NCBI GenBank assembly: GCA_963662625.1
Contig: OY759726.1
Location: 1,760,001 to 1,824,000 of the forward strand
Origin: Nitrosopumilus sp.
GTDB lineage: Archaea > Thermoproteota > Nitrososphaeria > Nitrososphaerales > Nitrosopumilaceae
Direction: 5' to 3'
DNA: 64,000 nt
Made by a program: the position numbers and the translations under genes. Under the pieces are notes generated by a model. That model was not told where the DNA came from. It searched no databases and saw only the letters and a program-made list of their open reading frames with translations. Of the stretch, positions 57,486 through 64,000 are shown one piece after another. Position 1 is the stretch's first letter; each line of letters opens with the position of its first letter.

Positions 57486-58084
57486 CCGCCCAGCCTCTCC
57501 CTGAGCAGCCCCAGCTTCCTGAGGGCCAGCCCCGCGTCCGGCTCGCTCCCGCCGAGTTCCGACGCGATCTCGTCGATCAGGTCCAGCGCCTCCCGCCGGC
57601 CCCCGTCCCCGGGATCCGCGCCTGGGGGGCGCCCCTCCAGGATCCTCCCGATCGCCCCGGCGCCCTCCGGGAGGATCTCGTACACCTTGGCCAGCGCCTC
57701 CCCCCGGCGCGCCGGGGACGCCATGACCAGCCGGTCCCGCCTCAGCCGCTCCAGCACCCCGGCGGCGCCCCCGTGCGGCATCCCCAGCGTCCCCGAGGCT
57801 TCCTCGGCCGTGCACGGCCTTATCTCCAGCAGCCGCAGCACCCTGGCCTCCGCCGGCACCGCGTCGTCCCACAGGAGGCGCCTTGCCGCGTCCGTGACGC
57901 GGAACGAGCCGTCCCCGTTGACGCCGATCAGCCCCCTGTCCTTGAGCGACGCCAGCGAGTCCAGCGTCCTGCCGACCCCCAGCCGCTTCAGGCCGGACCC
58001 GGCGATGTCGCGCTCGTCGAACGTCCCGCCGCCCTCGATCCCCAGGCGGAGCATCTCCAGGTCGACCGTCCCGAGGCTTGCCAT
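57482..58084 (-). CDS. Double winged-helix-like protein
   Basis: [10 protein letters not shown] and [10 protein letters not shown] wHTH-like segments. Confidence 0.7.
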   Translation of the reverse strand: MASLGTVDLEMLRLGIEGGGTFDERDIAGSGLKRLGVGRTLDSLASLKDRGLIGVNGDGSFRVTDAARRLLWDDAVPAEARVLRLLEIRPCTAEEASGTLGMPHGGAAGVLERLRRDRLVMASPARRGEALAKVYEILPEGAGAIGRILEGRPPGADPGDGGRREALDLIDEIASELGGSEPDAGLALRKLGLLRERLGG

Positions 58085-58197
58085 GGCCCCCCTCCGGCCG
58101 CCGCACTTATCTTCCTTTGCCGCGGCGCGGGTCCCGCCCGGCCACGCCCCCCGGGGCGCCCCCGAGAGATATATTGCCGTCCGGGCACCGTACCGGC

Positions 58198-58820
58198 ATG
58201 GCGCGGTACGAGCTGCCGAGGCTGCCCTACGGCTACGACGAGCTGGAGCCGCACGTCGACGGGCAGACCATGAGGATCCACCACCTGGGGCACCACCGGC
58301 ACTACACGACGGGCTGAACGACGCCCTGGATCGGATCTCGGCGTCCTCTCACCCACGATACATCGCGTCGGTGCTGGCAGACATCGGATCCGTGCCGGCC
58401 GGCGAGAGGGGGCGGGTCGCCTTCTTCGGGGGCGGCTACGAGAACCACAGGGTGTTCTGGGAGTCCATGACCCCCGGGGGCGGCGGCGGCCCGGGGGGCA
58501 GGCTGGCCGACGCGATCGACGTCTACTTTGGCGGCTTCGGGAGGTTCCGGGAGCTGTTTTCGGCGAGGGCCGGGGCCGTCCGCGGCAGCGGCTGGTGCTG
58601 GCTCGTCCTCGACCCGTCGTACGGCAGGATCGAGGTGATGGCCACCGCGGACAACGGCAGCCCGTGGGCCGCGGGAAGGGTCCCGCTGCTGGGGCTGGAC
58701 GTGTGGGAGCACGCGTACTACCTGCGGCACCAGCACAGGAGGCACGACTACGTGGAGTCGTGGTGGAACACGGTCAACTGGGAGGGCGCCGAGGGCCGGT
58801 TCTCCGGGTACGCGGCGTAG
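58198..58820 (+). pseudogene. sod: Fe/Mn superoxide dismutase with a 1-bp frameshift near 58309
   Basis: [15 protein letters not shown]...HHLGHH in one frame; GGYENH, GSGWCWL, DVWEHAYY in another. Confidence 0.88.
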
Positions 58821-58894
58821 GCGGGCGGCCGCGGGCCCTGGCGCGCGCAGGTCCCAAGAACATGTTTAAAAACGCTAAATTGGATCGGAACGTG

Positions 58895-60217
58895 ATGCAG
58901 GAATTCTCGAGCCCGCATGCGCTGATAAACGAGATAAAGGACCAGCTGGCCCAGAGGGGGCTGGGAGGCAGGTGTTTTTTTGAGATGCTCGACTATACCG
59001 TGGAGCTGTTCACGACGCAGGGGCTCGGGGAGGACTATTACGGGTACCACAACATCAACCACGAGCTGGAGGTCACGTACGTCTCGCTGCTGGCCACGAA
59101 CGCCGAGGACGGGTTCACGGAGGAGGACGCCAAGTACATGTACGCCGCGGCGCTGTTCCACGACTTTGATCCCCAGAAGAGCGTCGACAAGCCGCACGAG
59201 GCGGAGGTCGTGAAGTTCATCTCCGGCGACAGGAAGATAAAGGAGGTGCTGGCCGACGCGGGGATCGACCTGGACATCCTCAAGGTGCTGATCCTGAGGA
59301 CGGCATACCCCTGGCGGGGGAAGATAAGGAAGGACATGGGGGCCAAGATCGCCGAGTACCTCGAGGGGTCGGAGCGCGCCAGGGGGGACGCCGCGTTCCG
59401 GGAGCACGTGATGGGCCTCGGGCGGTACCTCTCGGTGATAGACAGGATGGCGGGGTACGTGCTGGGGGACTTTGCGAAGGCCATGGAGATGGCAAAGATG
59501 AACGCCCACTCCCTGGGCTGGAAGCCGGAGTGGATAACCAAGAGGTCCGTGGCGTACTTTGAGGAGCTGTTCAGCGAGGAGGCGGGGGCGGTGAAGAGGA
59601 TCCTGAAGATCCTGCCGCGGCACATGAGGAAGAACTTTTACGACACGATCCTGTCGTTCATGAGGCTCAGGCAGCAGGAGATCACCGTCCAGGCCGGGGT
59701 CGCCTACGAGAACCTGAAGCTGGTGCCCACGATCGAGACGATGGGCACGAGGCGGGGCGAGGGGTTCATCAAGTCGCTCCATTCCATATTCCTGGAGCTG
59801 CCAAAGCCGCTCCAGTTCATGGGATCGGACTTTGGCGACTCGGTGAGGAACCCAGACACCATACTTACCACGCTGCGCCTGAACTCCCGGGACGGCGAGG
59901 TCATCGGGTTTGCCAAGGGCGGGCCGCTGGAGGGGTACCACGTGAGGCCGGAGATCAAGGACGACAACTACGGGCTCGGCAACACCGTGTTCCTGGAGCC
60001 GATCGCGCTGAAGAGGGGGTACTGGGGGTTCAACGGCGGCAGCGAGATACGGCACATGTTCGTCATGCAGGCGCACGCCAAGAAGTTCAAGAACCTGACC
60101 AGCTTTGCCCTGCGCGACGTGATCGAGGCGAGGGCCGGGAGGGAGGACATAGAGTTCGTCGCGAAGTTCGACCCAGAGAAGTGGGACTACTACAGGGTAA
60201 GGCTGGAATCTCCCTGA
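58895..60217 (+). CDS. HD-domain protein with GNAT-like C-terminal domain
   Basis: YHNINH...AALFHD...HE; C-terminal VIGFAKG...FLEPIALKRGYWG. Confidence 0.8.
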   Translation: MQEFSSPHALINEIKDQLAQRGLGGRCFFEMLDYTVELFTTQGLGEDYYGYHNINHELEVTYVSLLATNAEDGFTEEDAKYMYAAALFHDFDPQKSVDKPHEAEVVKFISGDRKIKEVLADAGIDLDILKVLILRTAYPWRGKIRKDMGAKIAEYLEGSERARGDAAFREHVMGLGRYLSVIDRMAGYVLGDFAKAMEMAKMNAHSLGWKPEWITKRSVAYFEELFSEEAGAVKRILKILPRHMRKNFYDTILSFMRLRQQEITVQAGVAYENLKLVPTIETMGTRRGEGFIKSLHSIFLELPKPLQFMGSDFGDSVRNPDTILTTLRLNSRDGEVIGFAKGGPLEGYHVRPEIKDDNYGLGNTVFLEPIALKRGYWGFNGGSEIRHMFVMQAHAKKFKNLTSFALRDVIEARAGREDIEFVAKFDPEKWDYYRVRLESP

Positions 60218-61689
60218 TGAACGCGGCGGAGACGCGGAGGGCCCTGGGGGAGCTGGTATCGGGGGAGGTGCTGTGGGACAGGGACGTCCTGAGGTTTTAC
60301 TCGGTGGACGCAAGCGCGTACCAGGTGGTCCCGGGGGTGGTGGTGGTCCCCAGGGACGCCGCGGACGTGGCCGGCGTGGTGGGGTTCGCGGCGAGGTTCG
60401 GCAAGCCGGTCACGGCGAGGGGGGCCGGGACGGGCCTCGTGGGGAACTCGCTGAACTCAGGCATAATCCTGGACACGAAGAGGCTCGACTCGGTGAGGGT
60501 GGGCAGGGGGTTCGCCGTCGTGGGCCCCGGGGTGAGCAAGGGGAGGCTCGACGAGGAGCTCGGGAGGCACGGGGCGTTCTTCCCGCCGAACCCCTCGATA
60601 GGCAGGTACTGCTCTGTGGGCGGCATGCTCGGCAACAACTCCAGCGGGAGCAGGAGCCTGAAGTACGGGAGCACCGTGGACAACGTCCTTGAGGTCACGT
60701 TCGTGGACGGGATGGGGAGGGTGGTGACGCTGCCCGGGGACAGGCGCGTGGGCGGGAGGATCCTGGAGCTGGCCGGGGGCCTCGACAGGTCCAGGATCCC
60801 CAGCGTCACGAAGAACTCCTCGGGGTACAGGATCGACAGGGTGGGCTCGATCACGGAGACGCACAGGGCGCTGGTGGGCTCGGAGGGCACGCTCGGGGTG
60901 GTGGTGTCGGCGAAGATAAGGACCCTGCCCGTCCCGGAGAGGAGGGCCCTGTACGTGATCGAGTACGGCACGCCGAGGGAGGCGGCGGAGGACTGCCCCG
61001 GCATACTGGGCACCGGGCCCTCGGCGGTGGAGTTTGTCGGCTCGTGGGCCCTGGAGGGCTTCGAGCGGGGCCTCAGCAGGGGGGCCGGGTGCCTGCTGTT
61101 CGTGGAGTACGACTCCGATCTCGCCGGCGCGGGCGCGCGGATCAGGCGCGCCTCCGCGGGGAGCATCAGGGAGACGGCCAGGTCGGGTAGCGCGATCAGG
61201 CGGTGGTGGAGGATCAGGGACATGTCGCTCCACTACAGCCTCAAGTCGCTCAAGCTCGAGGAGAGGGTCCCGCACGTCATCGAGGACGCCGCCGTCCCAG
61301 TCGAGAACCTGGCCGGCCTGTTCGACGCCATCGACGACCTCAACGGGAGGTTCGGCACCGACGCCGTCACCTACGGGCATGCCGGCGACGGGAACATCCA
61401 CGTGAGGCTGCTGGCCGGCAGGCAGGGGCCGGAGGACATCAGGGAGATGGCCAGGTACTACTTTGGGCGCGTCGCGGAGCTGGGCGGCAGCCACTCGGGC
61501 GAGCACGGGGACGGGCTCGCCAGGACGGAGTTCGTCAGGGGCCAGTACGGGCCGGAGAACTACGAGGTCTTCAGGCGGCTCAAGGGCCTGCTGGATCCCC
61601 GCAACATACTGAACCCGGGCAAGATAATATCCCGGGGGAGCACCGTCACCAGGAACCTAGGGTGGCGTGGCCGCGGGGACGCCGCGTAA
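60217..61689 (+). CDS. FAD-linked oxidoreductase (GlcD/D-lactate dehydrogenase family)
   Basis: RGAGTGL, GSEGTLG, GHAGDGNIH, SGEHGDG, LNPGK. Confidence 0.93.
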   Translation: MNAAETRRALGELVSGEVLWDRDVLRFYSVDASAYQVVPGVVVVPRDAADVAGVVGFAARFGKPVTARGAGTGLVGNSLNSGIILDTKRLDSVRVGRGFAVVGPGVSKGRLDEELGRHGAFFPPNPSIGRYCSVGGMLGNNSSGSRSLKYGSTVDNVLEVTFVDGMGRVVTLPGDRRVGGRILELAGGLDRSRIPSVTKNSSGYRIDRVGSITETHRALVGSEGTLGVVVSAKIRTLPVPERRALYVIEYGTPREAAEDCPGILGTGPSAVEFVGSWALEGFERGLSRGAGCLLFVEYDSDLAGAGARIRRASAGSIRETARSGSAIRRWWRIRDMSLHYSLKSLKLEERVPHVIEDAAVPVENLAGLFDAIDDLNGRFGTDAVTYGHAGDGNIHVRLLAGRQGPEDIREMARYYFGRVAELGGSHSGEHGDGLARTEFVRGQYGPENYEVFRRLKGLLDPRNILNPGKIISRGSTVTRNLGWRGRGDAA

Positions 61690-61766
61690 AACCTGATCTG
61701 CCGTTGTCTTCATGGTGAAAAAAGTTTAACAAGTCCTCGCTAATAGGGCTTTGGCCATACCAGGGC

Positions 61767-61910
61767 ATGGCAATAGGATATTGCGTCAAGTGCCGCGACA
61801 AGAGGGACATCAGCGGCGCGAGACCGTACACCATGAAGAACGGCAAGCCGGCAATCAAGGGCACGTGCCCGACATGCAGCACCGCCATCTTCAGGATCGG
61901 CACGGGGTAG
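61767..61910 (+). CDS. DUF5679-like zinc-ribbon protein (47 aa)
   Basis: MAIGYCVKCRDKRDISGARPYTMKNGKPAIKGTCPTCSTAIFRIGTG*. Confidence 0.85.
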   Translation: MAIGYCVKCRDKRDISGARPYTMKNGKPAIKGTCPTCSTAIFRIGTG

Positions 61911-61913
61911 TCG

Positions 61914-62165
61914 CTAGTAGCGCCACTCGTCAGTAAGCCCGTTCCACAGCGCGCGCATAGGGGACGGGTCTTTTTCTATCTCCCCCATGATGCGGTTCCG
62001 CAGCACGAAGAAAAAGTTCTCAAGCGCGTCGACCCCCCCGTCGGCGTACAGCTCCCCGCCTATCTCCGCGATCCGCCGCTCCTTGCCGGCGACCTCCGGC
62101 GATCCCGGGTTCTGGAGGCAGAACGTCATCAGGTCCACCAGCTCCTCTTCCAGCATAAAGTCCAT
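61914..62165 (-). CDS. Hypothetical protein (83 aa)
   Basis: Coding-like composition, TTATT box upstream. Confidence 0.78.
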   Translation of the reverse strand: MDFMLEEELVDLMTFCLQNPGSPEVAGKERRIAEIGGELYADGGVDALENFFFVLRNRIMGEIEKDPSPMRALWNGLTDEWRY

Positions 62166-62536
62166 GGCCTGCGTTGCCCGGCAGCCGAATAACTAGTTTT
62201 CCAAGATCGCCCCGCGCGCGTCCAGGCCCGCCCGGGCCCGGGCAGGTTCGCGCGGTTCATCCAAGGGCCTCGATCGGCGCGCCTTTGATCCTGCCCGCCC
62301 GGGCAACGCGCGCGGGGCCCGGCCCGCAACTTTTACCGGCGGGCCGCCCCGTCCCCTTGCCTACTGGGCGGGCGCCAGGCCGATCACCATGTGGCATGGG
62401 GGACGGCGCGCCGCACTAGGTGCCGTCCGGGGACGGGCCGCCCGGAGCGGACGCCGGCGGCCCCCTCGTCCGCGCCCCCGGCGGCGGCGCGCCCGTTCAG
62501 AAAGGTTCAATAGATTTGGGCGCGCTCCCCCACTTG

Positions 62537-63034
62537 ATGCCGCTTGACGCGGGCCTGCTGGCCCTCCTGGCCGGGCCGGGCGCGGAGGCCGACCTGGAAT
62601 TTACGCTGGTGTGGCGGGGAAGATCGTACCCGCTTGCCGGCGTGTCCGTGGCGCGTTCCCCCACCCCGGTCACGCGTCCCACCACCAGGGGCGGCGCGTA
62701 CTTTTCGGGAAGGCACGCGCACAGGATCACCGGCACGGTCGGCGACCAGGGGATAGTCCCGTCGCTCTCGGGGGCCATGCTCGGGCCCAACGCGGAGTTC
62801 GGCGACATACTCATACGCGCCGCGCCGCCGGCCGGGGGGCGCGGGCCCGCGCTGGACCTGCACGCGAACCTGACCAGCAGCGTGCAGGGCCCCTCGGGGG
62901 TCGAGCTGCGCATGATCCTGGTGGGGATAGAGCAGGCCCGCGGCGGCGCGGCACGCGCCGCCGGGCCCCCGCACGAAGGCGATGCCGGGACGGCGGGCGA
63001 AAGCGGCCCGGGGACGGTCGGGCCGGGAGCCTGA
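62537..63034 (+). CDS. Hypothetical protein
   Basis: Globular core PVTRPTTRGGAYFS...MLGPNAEFGDI; start uncertain. Confidence 0.7.
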   Translation: MPLDAGLLALLAGPGAEADLEFTLVWRGRSYPLAGVSVARSPTPVTRPTTRGGAYFSGRHAHRITGTVGDQGIVPSLSGAMLGPNAEFGDILIRAAPPAGGRGPALDLHANLTSSVQGPSGVELRMILVGIEQARGGAARAAGPPHEGDAGTAGESGPGTVGPGA

Positions 63035-64000
63035 GGGCCGGACGGCCGCGGCGCGCCCCACGCGCGGTCCTTCTGCGCCACACGGCACGGCGTTAAAAGG
63101 CCGCCGGGTCCCTGGGCGCGAGTGGATCCGCGGCGGTTCTCGGGTGGGGGTTGCGCGCGAACCCCGGTTGCCGGGATTCGGCGGGCACGGTGCCGGGACG
63201 GCCGTTTCCCCGGCCACTGCCGCGTCTAGCGCAGGCCCGGGCTCAGCCACGGGGTCGCGAAGTCTGATGGCGCGCATGCGCAACATGGCTGCGCGAAACG
63301 CGCAGTCCTGAAGATCGCGGGGACGGCCCATGGAGCTGGCTTCCGCGACGCCGCCGGGCTGGCCGCGGGGGGTTCTCCGTCAGCCGGACTGCGGGAAACG
63401 CGGGTTGCAGGACGGCGCGCGTGTCGTGCGAGGGGGAAGAGGGCGACATGGAAAAGTTCGCCGCCGCGCTGCGCCACGCGGGGTTCCCGGCTGAGGCGGG
63501 CGGCACGCGTGCAGGGCGCTCCGAGCCCGCCGGCGAGCGCGGGCGCTTTACCATAGTGCCGGGTGGCACGGCGGTGAACGGGGGAAGATGGAGCCGCCGG
63601 GATGTCCAGACCCCGCCGGATGGGCACGAAGCTGTACTCGACGCCCGGGAAGCGGGATGCCGCGTGGGGGGATCCGCCAGATCCCATCGGGCATCCGCGG
63701 CGTGGCGGGCACGCGCCTGCGGATTGCATGGGAAGACGTTGCAAGGGTAAGGGCGAGGCCGTCAGCGTGGCCGCGCTGCCCTCCCGCCACGCGGGCCGAA
63801 TCCCGGCGCGCGCTTGGCAAGAAGGCGTCCCGGCCCTGCCGGGCGTCCCCCGGCGGGGGCGCGGGTGGGGAACCGCCCCGCCGGCACCGCGGCGGGAAGA
63901 CCCGGCATCCCCGCGCGCGGGCCTCCCTCTTCGCGCCCATGCAGCCCGCGCATCCTGGCGGGGGACGCCCGGGCTTACTCGCGGGCGTCGCCCGGGTCCA

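Noticed and set aside
55761-58084. SNF2 helicase as part of a defence system
   Set aside because: No nuclease or methylase partners nearby; housekeeping context
60214-60240. Other CTGATGA occurrences (also near 16030, 35119, 56100, 57165) as hammerhead cores
   Set aside because: No stem II plus GAAA follows; they lie in coding sequence or at a stop/start overlap

Overview
Chromosomal window from a very GC-rich ammonia-oxidising archaeon (Nitrososphaerota, Nitrosopumilaceae-like). Support: PEFG-CTERM and CFI-box-CTERM proteins, an aspS-gatCAB operon, PurP, PAC2, JAMM, a DnaJ-ferredoxin fusion and TATA-like boxes just upstream of start codons. Most of the window is housekeeping: thrC, purK/purE/purP, ilvA, a thiolase-DUF35 pair, acyl-CoA synthetase, 3-hydroxyacyl-CoA dehydrogenase, an FTR1 iron-uptake cluster, peptide ABC permeases, a SNF2 helicase, tRNA-Phe and a frameshifted SOD. 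Several real-looking genes under 60 aa are absent from the ORF track. The standout is an accessory island at ~48378-50450 with two copies (48612-48730, 50190-50308) of a 119-bp module. On the minus strand each copy is a TATA-like box plus a complete type I hammerhead ribozyme, and the two copies differ by a compensatory pair in stem II. The predicted GUC cleavage site lies 2 nt before the AUG of a different orphan ORF in each copy, and the two sites are 1578 nt apart. A second notable locus is a decayed IS5-family element (14196-15778, with TIRs and an 8-bp TSD) that contains an IS110 5' fragment whose non-coding end resembles a bridge RNA. All calls come from reading the sequence by eye; no database search or folding program was run.
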